From Lama glama (lineage: Eukaryota): a stretch of 64,000 nucleotides of DNA. Both the position numbers and the translations under genes were made by a program. Position 1 is the stretch's first letter, and each line of letters starts with the position of its first letter. The notes beneath the pieces were generated by a model, which made no database searches, was not told the DNA's origin, and worked only from the letters and a program-made list of their open reading frames with translations. Positions 1 to 13,482 of this stretch are shown here, in pieces. The DNA lies in assembly GCA_028534125.1 (NCBI GenBank), contig CM052817.1, forward strand, positions 28,460,001-28,524,000, read 5' to 3'.

Positions 1-19
1 CAATCACACATTATAAGTA

Positions 20-892
20 AATACATTATCAGCCAAGAATTTTACTGTAGGCTAAGTTGTTCTTTAAGTACTAAGTTTTGTAGAAAAAAAAGTTTTAAAT
101 ATTTAAGAGCTCAAAGAATACTGTATTCAAGAGGTATTCAGGAGGAATCTGTTAGAGGGGAAGCTTTATCTGAATAAGAAATTGGTAAACACTACAAAAC
201 AGGTGAACAAGTAAATTTGAACAAACTTGAACAAATGTAGATACAACTTAAGGTAGCATGTTAAAATTTTAGCATCACAAAATATCAGATTAATAAAGAT
301 TTGCTTGTTTGAATTGTTTTTCTCCCTAGAACGAGACAAATTTCTTCTAAAAATTCAAAAACAAATGAGCATGCTGTACAATACAAAAGAAACTGGTGGG
401 AAAAAAAGAGCATTGAAAGAGCCCTTTCAATAGCACTACTGGATTTTGAACATAACACAAGCTTTAGTTAAAGGAAAATGAGGGATGGGCCCCTGAGTAT
501 AGAGGTGGATTCTTGGAACAGGAAAAAAGTTTAGACATAGAACTTAGTTCATATAGAAGTTTAGTATATGAGAAGAGTGATCTTCAGAACACTAGAGAAA
601 AGATAGACTTTTAAATAACTTGTTATCAGTAATCTGGATAGGCATCTGGAAAAAGCTAAAAATACACCTGTACCTCGCAAAACTTTAAAAACTAAGAATA
701 GATTCAGAATGATGAGATTGAAACATGAAAATAAAACCATACACATTCTTGAAGAAATTATAATAATTTCATTTATAACCTAGTATGCAATAAAGAAAAA
801 TGATAAATTTGACTACCCCAAATGGAAAAACATATCATATGCAAAGTCAACAAACAATTAATAACATATAGAGACATGTATTTGGAATATAT
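20..892 (+). mobile_element. Ancient L1 (L1ME-like) fragment: end of ORF1 plus degraded ORF2
   Basis: 'cagccaagaattttactgtaggctaagttgtctttaag' resembles the ORF1 C-terminal QPRILYPAKLSFK coding region. 'aaagaaaaatgataaatttgactac...' (~790-890) resembles L1 ORF2. The sense strand is A-rich. Confidence 0.55.
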
Positions 893-2766
893 ATTTCCCA
901 GTTTAGGGAAATTTTCAGCTACTATTCCTTCTAATGTTTTCTGCCCCTTTCAGTCTCTCTTCTGCCTCTAGGACCCCTATAATGTGAATGTTAGTATGGC
1001 TGATGTTGTCCTGGAGGTCTCTTAAGCTGTCCTTATTTCAGTGAATTATTTTTCCTTTTTTCTGTTGAACGTCAGTGATTTTTCAATACTCTTTGTCTTC
1101 CAGCTTGCTGGTTCATTCTTCGGTATTATTTAATATCTGTCAATCCCTTCTAGTGTATTTTTTATTTCAGTTATTATATTCTTCATCTCTGTTTGGTTCT
1201 TCTTTATATTTCCTTTTTTGTTTAGTTTTGTTAGAAACTTCTAATTCCTCATTCCTTTCATTCATTCTTCTCTTGAGTTCTTTGGGCATTTTTATGATTA
1301 TTATCTTGAACTCTTTATCTGGTAGATTTCTTAACTTCACTTTGTTCTTTTGACAGTTTATCTTGTTCCTTCATTTGAAACATACTCCTCTGTCACCTCA
1401 TTTTGACCAATTTTCTGTTTTTACTTTTGTGTATTTGGCAGATAGAGAAGTGGCTTTATTTAGGGAACATCCTATAGGGCTCTGTTACTGTCTGGTCACC
1501 AGAGCTATATGTTTTAGGTGTGCTGTCTAAGTGGACTGCATGGGCCCTCTGTTTGTGGGAGGGTGGGGGGCTGACCACTGTGGGTACGCTGGTAGGCATG
1601 GATGATCCCTGGTCCAGTGGATTACCAGGCCTGACTTGGGACTGGCTATAGGACCGGGGACCCCAGTACCAGTGTTGGCCTGCTGGTGGACAGGGCCAGA
1701 GCCCAGGATGATCTGGGTGGTGCAGGTCTGCTGGTGAGTGGGCCAGGTCTTGACACAGCTGGCTGTGGGGCTGTGGTGGTACCAAAGCTGATGTTGGCCC
1801 ACAGGTGTGTGGGACTAGAGCCAATGAGATCTCAGGGCTAGTGACAGCCCACTGGAGAGCAGAGCCAAGCCCCAGGTCTCTGACTGCAGGGCTGAAGAAT
1901 TTTGGTCTTGGTGCCAATCAACTGGTGTCTGGAGCTGTGGCCCAGTGGGTCCTGGGGCTGATGCCAGCTCACTGGTAAGCAGGAAAAGGTTGGGTGTAAC
2001 TGTGGACTCAGGGGTTCTTATGGCAGCAGATCTGCTGGTGGGTGGGGCTGCATCCTTCCCAGCTACCTTGGGTGTCCCAGGACTGGTGCCAACTGGCTGG
2101 AGGTAGGGCAGTGTCCAGGTGCTAATAAGATAGACGGAGAATTCCAAGATGACACTTGCCAGCACCAGTGTCCTTTTGGTAAAATGAGCTCCCCCAAATG
2201 ACTTTTATCAGTGTGTATGTCCCCAGAGTGAGTCCTAGTTGCCTTCTGCCTCTCAGGGAGACTCCAAGATCAGCAAGTGGGTCTGAGCCAAGCTTCTTTC
2301 AAATTACTGCTTCTGTGCTCTGTCCCAGAGCATGTGAGAGTTAAGATGCACTCCTTAAAAGTGGACTCTTTATTTCCAGCTACCCTCCGTCTCTCCCCAA
2401 AGCAAGTCCCACTGGCCTTCAAAGCCAAACATTCTTGGGGCTCATCTTCCCAGTGCAGGACCCCCAGGCTGGGGAGCCCAGTGTGAGGCTCAGATCCCTT
2501 GCTTTTTGGGGAGAACCCCTGCAAATGTACTTATCCTCTTATTTGTGGACCCAGGGATATGAGTCTTGACTATATTGTGTTCCCACCCCTCTTAACTATT
2601 TCATTATGGTTCTTTCTTTATATCTTTAGCTGTGGAAAATCTTTTCTGCTTGTCTTCAGGTTGTTCTCATTGATAGAATGTTGCTCTGTAAATAGTTGTC
2701 ACTTTGGTGTGCTAGTTGAAGAGGTAATTTCAAGCTCTTCCTACTCCAGCATCTTGGCAACACCCC
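893..2766 (-). mobile_element. L1 5' portion (GC-rich 5'UTR plus start of ORF1), 3'-truncated, nested in an older L1
   Basis: The reverse complement of 2737-2766 reads ggggtgttgccaagatgctggagtaggaag, a typical L1 start (GGGG...CCAAGATGG..GAGTAGGAA). 1450-2600 is GC-rich UTR. 893-1430 is T-rich antisense ORF1 ('tttagggaaattttcagctactattccttc'). Confidence 0.8.
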
Positions 2767-2769
2767 TTT

Positions 2770-3720
2770 TAATATGTTTTTCAAAATTCTTAAGTCATAT
2801 GTGCAAATGACCCTTATTCAATCAACCAATCTAACAAAAATATACTCAGTTTCTCTTAAAATAAGAGAAACACAAAACTAAATTACATTGTGAGATTGTC
2901 TCTCATCTGTTAGACTGACAACACACTGTGCATGGCCCTGTGAGGAAACAGGCACTCCCTTACATTGCTGGCATTTGAAAACGCTGTCCCTCTTTGGAGA
3001 GGCATTTAATAGTATACAACACAAGTACATACACATTTACCCATTCACTCAACAGTTATGCTTCTAAAGCAAGCAAACAAACAAAAATTATAAAACAGAA
3101 ACGACAAAACCCCCAATTATGCATAATATTAATTATCTTGAAGATACGTAAAAGGATACTGTGAGTATCCTTAATTCTCATCCAGAAATTGGTTGACTAA
3201 TCTATGGTACCTCCCCAATGGAGTACCATGTATCTTTTATAAAGAACAAGAAATATTACTATCATATGTGTGTGTAGAGAGAGAGGATATAATGCTTTAG
3301 GAGTGAAGTATAATGAAGTTGGCATAATGATACATAGATAGATAGATAGATGGATAGATAGACGAATAAATAGCTACATAAAAAACAGCTCTATACATCT
3401 AGATCTATATTGACTTTTCTATACCTAGGAAGAGGGTTAATAAATGGGCAAAACATAAGCAATTGGTGAGTCAAATTGAAGGATCTAAGTGTGTCATTTG
3501 TATTTACTTGAATCATACGAAACTGCAGATATGTGAGTATTTTTAACCTATATAAATAGTAGTTTCATAATGATCAACTTAATACAAAGACCATTCCTAG
3601 ACTCTTCATAATGTTTTTGTAAGTTAAAAAGTGAATTGTCAGTAGTTTTATATGCTTCTGCCTACACTATCTTTCAATTTTTTCTGAAAGTATAAAATGT
3701 TTCAAATAAAATGTTGCAAA
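2770..3720 (+). mobile_element. Ancient L1 (L1ME-like) ORF2 3' end and 3'UTR, continuation of the 20-892 element
   Basis: 'gtgaggaaacaggcactcccttacattgctgg...tttggagaggcattt' is the C-terminal region of ORF2, followed by degraded 3'UTR ending in 'tttcaaataaaatg'. Confidence 0.7.
3335..3362. repeat. (GATA)n microsatellite
   Basis: Read directly: tagatagatagatagatggatagataga. Confidence 0.9.
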
Positions 3721-3821
3721 AATGAACAAAGTACACTCTTCTCCTAAAATCTTAATGTACTTAAATCTATAGGAGAGAAATAAAGAGGAAAAGAAATAGA
3801 ATTTCTTACGCTATGTCCTAG

Positions 3822-3935
3822 GAGTCAGTCTAACCCTCACTTTTATATGTTAGGAAACTGATTCAAAGAAATTAAAGTACTCTGGTAAACTTCCATAATC
3901 TGAAAAGTTTACACAGCTAATAAGTGACAGAAAAC
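3822..3935 (-). mobile_element. MIR SINE fragment
   Basis: 'cttttatatgttaggaaactgattcaaaga...acacagctaataagtgacaga' matches the antisense MIR core. Confidence 0.6.
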
Positions 3936-3976
3936 TGTTCCTATCATATCATGAAAATACAATTGTCTTCCATTCG

Positions 3977-4004
3977 TTTTTTGTTTGTTTGTTTGTTTGT
4001 TTTT
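3977..4004. repeat. (TTTG)n microsatellite
   Basis: Read directly. Confidence 0.9.
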
Positions 4005-7000
4005 AAGTGCAGATTGGAAATTAAAGTGGTTGACGATAAAAATGTAAAACTGAAACAACCTTGGGGAATTTCTGAATTGTCACCTGAAACCTAATGCATA
4101 TCTCTGGTAATGGAATAACTTTTCTAAATGCTTTTTAAGGTTATTTTATGTAATTCAATTTTAAATCTATTGATCTTGTGTTCAGTATATTTCTAATATT
4201 TAAAGCAATGTTTACAGTTTATGAGGATGCCATCTAAAGTCCTTTAGCGATAAGCTGTTCTGGGTGAAAAGTCCTCTGGTACTTGCTGGTACTCTGCATT
4301 CCCAGCCCCTCTTCCCTGCTTTTAATACCTAGAATTCTCAAGATACATTTTATGGGCCTCCAGTCTGAGAAAGGCAGTCTGCTGATGAAACACTCAGTGT
4401 CATTTACCATCTGGATACTCTTTCATGACTTACAAAGTGTATGGTTGCTTTTTTGTCATCAACCAGTTTTTCAGTGTTAAAAGAGAATCTTGTACTAATA
4501 TATTTTTTAAAAAGCTGCCATTCATACAGAATCTAAAGTGTCAAACAAAGAATATATATTCCAAGTTATTTACCAAAATTTTATAGTTTTAAGATTCTCA
4601 AAATCTCTCTCTTTGTGCATGGGTGGCTAACACGTAGGTGGTGTAGTAGGAAATAGAACAGAAAGAGGAAAGCGGGTCATACCAGCCTTAAGGCTTTTCA
4701 GCACTTTCCTCCAAGACTGGGATTAATAGAATTGAATAAAACACCTATAAGTTTATAAAAATCCCTAATTAGGTAAAACCCTTCCTTTTTAAAGTTATTT
4801 ATATTTAAACAGCAGAGGGCATTATAAAAGAGCTATTTTGAATCCAGTAAGATTCATAATAAGTCTGGTGCCTCTTTAAGTTGAAAATTAAGTTGAGCAC
4901 ATTGAAAATCTGAGATTGGCATGGTAATGTAGTATCAGCCACCATGAGAACCCATGATGCAGAAAGGCAGATGAATGTCAACACTGAGAAGAAACAAATT
5001 TGCATGAAAACTTAAAGAACTAACTGCATATAAACATGGAGAAAGTGTGGTAGTACGAAGCATAGACGTCCAGAGGATTATATTCTTGAAAAGAAATGCA
5101 CTCAGAATTTCTTTTAGTAGAAGGGATGAGGAGGAATTGAATTGAAATCCATTTGGATAATAACATAAATGATAATACTTGACATATTAAGCCACTCTAA
5201 GGAAACAACTATTCTAAGATAAATTATGGATTAATGAAAAGGCAACCATTTAATTTCATTCAAGTGGACAGGGTTAAATAGCATTCAAGTTTTTGGGTTA
5301 TGTGAGCTCCATGTGCAATTCCTTTTTCTCTTATTAAAACTCCCTTCTCTTAAAATACAGGATTCTTCTAAAGAGGCTTTGGGGATAACATGGTTAGTTG
5401 CACATATAGCTTCTGTATCTAAAGTATTTTTGGCTTTTCTGAAGCTCTGTTTTGTTGTTGTTTGTGTTTATTTTCTTGCTTTCGTGGGCTAACCCTTTGT
5501 TGTCTGCCAGGACAAATTATCTTGGATGTTAACAGCACTTGCATGATTCATTTTGACTGCAGTATCCAAATCATTCTCATTTATCAGGCATGCTCTTTCT
5601 GGCTTGCCATGGCTATGACTAAGTCCGAAAGCATTACATATGCAAGACTTTAACTTTTCATGTCACGCATTAATATTATTATCAGGAGTAGAAATGTACT
5701 TGTTTTTAAAGAAACATCACAGCAAACACAATTTTTGTTTCTCCTCTTTTATTTCCATTGAGTAGGAGATGATCAGCTCCAGAGTCAGCAGCCATCCAAG
5801 ACTGTCAAGAGGGCCTGACTGGGCTCCAGTTTTAGGTTCTTTCTTGCGGCATCTCTTGTACTTGCCTCCTGGACCATCTAACAGTGCTCTTTCCTCATAT
5901 TATCAGCCCTGTTCAGTGCTCTTTTTCTCTTTGTCTCTAACAGGACAATTGCTATTCAGCAGTAAGGACAGCTTACATCACATGATTCATTATTATGTCC
6001 ATAGAGGAGATAACATAGAAGTGTTAATTAATTGGTTCATGACTGTGACAATGAAAAACTTTTTTAGTAAATTAAACATTTTAGTACCTTCATATAAAAC
6101 ATTTGATTAGATCCACACTTTTGAAAATGATAAGGTAGTCACATTTTTTAAGAATCCAGAGAGGTATCTTCCTTGCTTTTGTTTTTTATTTTCCTTTATT
6201 TCCTGAATATGTCTAACTTTTTTTAAAAAAGTTACATTTTCCTTGTGTCACATAGATATTCTTATTAGAACTTATAATTAAATATCTCTTCAGCTTTGTA
6301 ACTGAAGGAGCTTGAAGCAATTTAGCAGTGTGCCAATTTCCATTAAGTTGTCTTGCTCACAGCTTTAACATAAACAGAGTAGCATATTTCCCTCAAGCAA
6401 TTTGAATAAGTTTTCTTCAATTTACAGCTTCAAAAAGCTGTATATGAAATTCATCTATGACCTGCTTGTTAGTCTTCCGTAAATCCAGAGTTTTCTAAAC
6501 CATTTCAATTTTATTTTATTTGACAACTAAATTTTATTTTAATCTTAAAAGGTGTTGGTGAAGCTATTTTTCAAAAAGTTTATGCATGCAAAGATATTAT
6601 CATTATTCACATTAAGGAAACAAGTTCATCAAAACACCATCATCTTTGTCTCTAATATAATTACAAAAAAGAAGCAACTCTTCATACTGTTTTTCTTTCA
6701 TAAGAGAGAATTCTAAGGAAATAAAATTTGAGTTGGTATATATTAATAAAAACGTATCCGTAAGTGATTTTAAAGTTGTATGTTCAGATATGAAGATTTG
6801 GTTAAATTATATGTAAAACTTGTATATTTGCTTAACTACCACTTTAAAAAATCACTTAAGCATGCTTATTAAATTCCCACTATGCAAATCATAAAACTCT
6901 TAATTCTTATAAGAGCAAGTTTTTCTGGCAACTAATAAAAAAAATCTAGACAGTTTCATGTTTTAGTATTTATTTATTTTAAAGCACAGTGTCCTGAGAT

Positions 7001-9878
7001 ATTAAAATTATAATTTATTTAGTAACATTACTTACATAATCTATCAATTTATTAGACATTCATCCTTTAAAATTGAATTAAATATTTATAGCATATTTGG
7101 TTCAAAATATTTTACAAATATATATAAGTAAACATTCCTTGGAAAAATATTAGGGTAATATGAAGTATAAATGAAACTTATTTGGAAAAATACAGTAAAT
7201 GCTTCAATAGGCCAAATAGTTGAATAGTTTGCTCATAGATGCTTTTGCCCTTTAACATTTTTCCTTTTACTTTCCCCAGTAAGTCAGCTGCTGGTCCTAG
7301 TTGAAGACTGAAATAAGCAATCTCCTAGGAGTTCTGAGCTATTGAGCTGTATGAATCTTAATTATACAAATATCTGAAAACTCAGGCAAACTTTCTCCTT
7401 TCCCTACTTGCTGACCTGTAAGGATAGATGACTTTGAAATGCTGGCCATTGTTGCCTTCCTTTCCAGCCAATTAAGTGCAGCACCTTTGTTAAAATAACA
7501 CATTTCCCAACCTTGGACTATTTGATAAATCTCTTCAAATTATACACAGTTAGAGGATTTTTCAAGGCTTCGTGTAGAGTTTCAAGATGTTGAATAAATC
7601 TCAGCATCTACTTTTTTAAATAGTTGGATTTGAAAAAGCAAAAATGCTACAAGCTATGAGGCTGAAATAGAATCTGCGATAAAGTGAGACGGAGGGCAGA
7701 GACAGGCACAGCAGCCTGACCCTCTGGGTAAGGTTTCCTCGGCTTGCGATCTAAGTTTTTTTGTTTTTGTTATTTTTTTTTCTAATTATGGAGTTACACC
7801 AAGATATGCAAGGGGTTGATGAGATATGAAAATTGTATATTTGAAATTCCTTATAACATTTTGCAAGTTTCTCTGAGTCAGGTTTAGCCAGTATATGGCC
7901 TGTCTTCTATGATATGGAAAATTTCGTGTGGACAATTCAGATTTTATGAATTTTAAAGAATGATCGCTTCCACAAAATAAACTACTTTTATTCAAAAGAA
8001 AAATTGGCAAAGCTTTAGACCAGACTTTGAAGCTCAAAATTTGCCATAGCATCACAATTATCTCTGTCTCTCAAGGGGCAGAGAAAACTTTGGCTACCTT
8101 CTAGGCTGGATAGAGTGGAGTTGATCAAAAAGCAGTATGACTCTGTAAATGAGTATGAGAATAAAAGGAAAGCATTAAAGTATAGAGAAAGAGTGTATCA
8201 GAAAATCTCTCTCTTTCTCTTTCTCATATCTAAATACAAAAACTCTTCTCAAATATCATCTTTCTCCCATTCTGACTTTCTCAAACTTACATTGAGGTTA
8301 GTTGCCACAAAAATATTTTCTTAATATTTGTTATAAGTTAACCTTCACACAAAATTTTTAGCAGTTAGAGATGTGAGGAAGGAAGCGTAAAACTCAAGGA
8401 GCCAAAGTTTTGACAAATATATTTTATGAAGTATGCACTTTAATTATCACCATTCTATCCAACTCTTGAGTTTGTAAGAAATATCATGGATGTTTTTACC
8501 CCTGGAAAAGCAGAGTGCAACTGGGAATTAACTAAATATTTGCCAGTCAGATTATTTTATTCATTTTTGGCACTGAGATATTATTGAAATTTATCAAAAT
8601 ATCAGTACAAGTTACTCTTTTGTAGTGGAGTTGAGAATGCAAAAGAGGAAGTAGAAGGAAAGAAAACAGTTGGAAGAAGATCTTAAAGATATGAGGTTGT
8701 TACAGAGAAAATCTTTCAATTACTTCTTCTAATGATTAAAAAATGGTAAAACAAAATTAGAAATTTAAGTTTGAGACTAGGCAACATTGAGTGATTTTAC
8801 AGACTAGAATAAGATGCTAAGATAGAGTTTAAAGTCCCTTTCTGGGGATCCTTTAAGAGTGAAAAAGATTATCATGTACCTATTTTAGAAATAATTTTGC
8901 CTAAGTTGTAAGAGATAGTCTAAATAACTTCTCAAGGTCCTTTTGTTCCAATCTTTAAGTAATTATTTAAATGAAATCAAGAATTAAATGCCTGTTTTGA
9001 CTTGCAATGTCTTACTGCACTGACTTGGGCTTTGTAGATTAATATCTATGAGTACTAATCTATTTTAACTAGGTGGGAACAGAAGAAATGAGTTGCAAAA
9101 CATGTTAATGAGATGAAAGATCTCAATATATCTTGCATGGTTCCAAGACCCAGAGGTCAAAATCCAGGAGAGCGTCATTCAGAGTTGAGTTTTAATGACG
9201 ATGCAGTGGATGAGGGACCAAACTTAATTTCACAGTGTACATGATGAGAATATACTTTGGTTGAGAAACTTCCTTTCTATGGGTCTTTATAATTGAACAA
9301 AGTTACATATCATCTGAATAAAAATTTTATTTCCTTATTATGAACTAACAATCATAAAAATCACCATTTCCAATCATAAAAATCACCTTCTGAAAAGCAG
9401 TGATAATTAATTGCAACTGTAGTCCTTACAAATGAGTATCACTGACTCTGATGCAAATCCTTCATATTATCAAGTGTATTTTTTAAAAAGTACAGGATTT
9501 TGAGATTCTTCTTTAGCCATCACCTGTATCATAGGCTGGTCTTAAAAGAAGAATGAAACTTCAGTTTTTGGAGCTAGATCATTAACAGACCCATTAATTG
9601 ATTTATAATATCACACTGATAAAACAAAGTTGGTAATATTTCACAATTTGATTCCTGAATTCATTTTTCTTCAAATCAACCTGATTTCATTATTTTTACT
9701 ATGTGAATAGTTATGATAAATTATAATAAAAAATGAATAACTGAATTTGAGAAGAAAGGTTGCTGAGAGGGAAATCTATGCAGATAGAATATCAACCGAT
9801 TTACATTTTTCTTATTAAATTCAGTTTGGTTCACACTTTGTATGTGTGTGTTTGGCATACAAATGCACATTTTTTCAT

Positions 9879-11822
9879 TAAAATAAATCTTGGAATAAAT
9901 CTGACTAAGGAAGTGAAAGATTTATACACAGAGAACTATAAAACATTGACTAAGGAAATTAAAGATGACTTAAAGAAATGGAAAGATATCCCATGTTCTT
10001 GGATTAGAAGAATTAATTTTGTTAAAATGGCCATACTACCCAAAGCAATCTAAAGGTTTAATATGATTCCTATCAGATTACCAGGACATTTTTCACAGAA
10101 CTAGAACAAATAATCCTAAAATTTATATGGAATCACAAAATACCCAGAATTGCCAAAGCAATACTGAAGTAAGAATGAAGCTGGAGGACTAACTTTCCCA
10201 GACTTCAGACAATACAACACAACTACAGTAATCAAACAGCAAGGGATTGGTATAAAAATAGATATATGGATCACTGGAACAGAACAGAGAGCCCAGAAAT
10301 AAACCCACAATTTGGTCAATTAATCTTTGACAAAGGAGGCAAGAACATACAATAGAGTAAAGACAGTCTTCAGCAAATAGTGTTGGAATAACTGGATAGC
10401 TGCATGTAAATCAGTGAAGCTAGGATACTCCCTCACACTATACACAAAAATAAACTCAAAATGGCTTAAAGACTTAAACATAAGACAAGACACTAAAGGC
10501 GTCTTAGAACAAACATAGGCAAAACATTCTCTGACATAAATCTCAGCAATGTTCTCCTAGGGCAATCTACCCAGGCAATAGAAATAAAAGCAAAAATTAA
10601 CAAATGGGACCTAATTAAACTTATAAGCTTTTGCACAGCAAAGGAAACCATAAACAAAACTAAAAGACAATCTATGGAATGGGAGAAAACATTTGTTAAA
10701 AGATGAGACTGACAAGGGCTTAATTTCCAGAATATATAAACAGCTCATACAACTTAATAAGAAAAAGCAAACAACCCAATCCAAAAATGCGCAGAAGACC
10801 TAAACAAGCAATTCTCCAATGAAGACATACAAATGACCAAAAGACACATGAAAAAATGCTCAATATTGCTAGTTATCAGAGAAATGCAAATCAAAACTAC
10901 AATGAGATATCAACTCACACAAGTCAGAATGGCCATCATTCAAAAGTCCACAAATGATAAAAGCGGGGGAGGCTGTGGAGAAAAGGGAACCCTCTTACAC
11001 TGTTTGTGGGAATGTAGTTTGGTGCAGCCATTATGGAAAACAATACAGAGATTCTTCAAAAAACTAAAAATAGACTTTACCATGTGATCTAGCAATCCCA
11101 CTCCTCAGCATATATCCAGAAGTAACTCTAATTTGAAAAGGTACATGCACCCAATGTTCATAGCAGCACTATTTACAATAGTCAAGACATGGAAACAACC
11201 TAAATGTCTATCGACAGATGACTGAATAAAGAAGTTGTAGTATATTTATACAATGGAATACTTCAGCTATAAAAAAAAGAATAAAATAATGCCATTTGCA
11301 GCAACATGGATGGACCTGGAGATTGTCATTCTAAGTGAATTAAGCCAGAAAGAGAAAGAAAAATACCATATGGCATCACTCATACGTGGAATCTTAAAAA
11401 AAAAAAAAAGACAAACAAATTTATTTACAAAACAGTGACAGACTCATAGACACAAAAAACAAACCTATGGTTACCAGGGGGTAGGGGAAGAGGGTGGGAA
11501 TGGATAAATTGAGAGTTTGAGATTTGCAGATACTAACTATTATATATAAAATAGATAAACAACAAGTTTGTACTATGTAGCACAGGAAACTATATTCCGT
11601 ATCTTGTAGTAACTTATGGTGGAAAAGAATATGAAAATGAATATGTATGTTCATGTATGACTGAAGCATTGTGCTGTACACCAGAAATTGACACATTATA
11701 AACTAACTATACTTCAATTAAAAAATATATGTATACAGGAAAAAATAAATAAGTAAAAATAAAAAAGTTAAAATATATATATATATATACAAAAAATAAA
11801 TAAAACAAACAAACAACAAAAA
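9879..11822 (+). mobile_element. Relatively young 5'-truncated L1 (cetartiodactyl/camelid type): ORF2 3' third, 3'UTR and A-rich tail
   Basis: ORF-track peptides [13 protein letters not shown]...[27 protein letters not shown] and KIMPFAATWMDLE are canonical L1 ORF2, broken by stops and frameshifts. The 3'UTR ends in 'aactaactatacttcaattaaaaaa'. Confidence 0.95.
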
Positions 11823-12159
11823 GAATTCTTCCACAAAATGTTCTCTAAAAGGTCAAGGGTCAATATACTCCTTCACTTAATTCTTAATTTCATCTTAACT
11901 TCCAAAATGCCTGCCAGGCAAGAATTCTCCTTCCCTAATTTTTTGTCTCTCTGCTTCTAAAGTTCTCGGTATCCAGATGTCACCTCATTTATTCATTCCT
12001 ACTGTTGTCTGCAGATTTCACTATCCACATCTGTATCTCTTTCCTTCACTTCCTTTCACACAAACAAATCTTCGCCTCCTTACTATCCAAATATGTCAGC
12101 TGCCCTCCTGAAGTCTGATATGTCACTTTCACATACAAAGTCAATGGCTGCTATCACCG

Positions 12160-12395
12160 ATCGTTTGCTCTGTGTCAGACATCATTCTTAACCTTTACAC
12201 ATATTATCTTAATATTCATAGCCACTGTGTTAGGTAGGTTCTATTCTTATTTTTAACCTATAGCTGAGAAAATGGAAAGGCAATAGTGTTTAAGTAATTG
12301 GGTCAAGGTTACTTAGTTATCAAGTGAAGAAGCCAGGACTGGAATGCAGACAACTATCAACTTCTTGCTCCTGCTTGTTCCACTGCACACTTTTC
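12160..12395 (-). mobile_element. MIR SINE
   Basis: 'ttaagtaattgggtcaaggttacttagttatcaagtgaagaagccaggactggaatgcag' matches antisense MIR. Confidence 0.7.
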
Positions 12396-12799
12396 TACTC
12401 ATACTGCCTCCTCTGAGGACACTGAAATTTCATTTTCAATAGAAGGGTCAAAATCTTAAACTTGACTCAAATGACTGGATGAGTTGCAGCCATGAACCTG
12501 GAGAAGCATAAAGTTAATTTCCTCCATAGAAGTCAAAATCATTGATCTGGCAAATTTAGCATAATCTTTCACCAGTTACACTCAACTCTCTTCTAAAGAT
12601 CATTTCATTGCTATTTCCACCATTTTCTGCTCACTGTTACTGTTTCCAATATTTCTCTTTTTGCCCATCCACTATCGCTTTATTTTTCTTCCTAGACTGT
12701 GGAATCCAACAAATTCTCTTAGCTATAACTCTTAAAAATGGTAACATGATTGAATTTTCTCCTTTGAAATCATTTTTATTTTTATTTTGAGAAGTCAGG

Positions 12800-13025
12800 G
12801 AGATCTAGAGATTAGAACATTGAATTTGGAATAAAAATCCATGGATTTTAACGTTGGATCTGCATCAAGTACTGGGCAACATTAAGTAGATGACTTCTCT
12901 GAGACTTAACCATCTATCTGTAAAACATAGACAATATCTACTTTGTCTCACAAGACTGTTACAAGTTTCAAATTCAATACAATACACAAAAAGCAGCTAA
13001 AATACCCATTAGCTGTAGGTTATCT
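12800..13025 (+). mobile_element. MIR SINE (degenerate)
   Basis: 'gacttctctgagacttaaccatctatctgtaaaac' matches the MIR core. Confidence 0.55.
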
Positions 13026-13445
13026 TTGCAATATATTTTTGCTACAGGTGATCTTTGTAACATGATTATTTTGATATTAATCTGTTTTAACTTTGGTCAA
13101 AAATCCGCCACCTTAAAATATGAGGTTTTATGTATGTGCTGCATCAGAGTTTCTAAAAAGATTAAAAGAAATACATAAGCACAAAGTCATCTCTCATTGT
13201 TATTTCTTGTCATGAAGGTAGCAGTAAGATGGTCCAGCTAATAGGCTTCTTACATCTATCTTTGTCTAGATGCGGGTCGGCTTATTTCATTTGTTTACTG
13301 AGAAAGTTGTGGAAGGATTGAGTTAGTTCAGGAACTTGATTTGGTTTACAGAAATATGATCTGAAATTGCAAAAAGCCAATGTTAAGTGAGTTAACAGAA
13401 AAATGGTACTATCAGAACACTTTCAACTGTTGTGTGCTATTCCAG

Positions 13446-13482
13446 GTGAAACAATTAACTATTGCTTTGAACAGTTTTACAG
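13446..13482 (+). CDS. Candidate internal coding exon (37 nt, phase 1 to 2) of an unidentified large gene: (G)ETINYCFEQFY(R)
   Basis: Acceptor gtgctattccag|G and strong donor CAG|GTATGT. Open in the phase-1 frame and located in non-repetitive sequence. Phase-compatible with 53822-53870. Confidence 0.4.

Noticed and set aside
1456..2524. Minus-strand ORFs of 84-153 aa in the GC-rich block
   Set aside because: They lie within an L1 5'UTR. The Pro/Gln/Ser-rich translations are expected from GC-rich, stop-poor DNA.
7624..7727. Exon-like segment (aaatag|...TGG|gtaagg)
   Set aside because: Stops occur in all three frames. It could only be non-coding, and there is no further support.
9349..9387. 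Direct repeat caatcataaaaatcacc x2 (22-bp period); a similar short duplication occurs at ~30085-30140
   Set aside because: Two-copy local slippage duplications, not an array or CRISPR-like structure.
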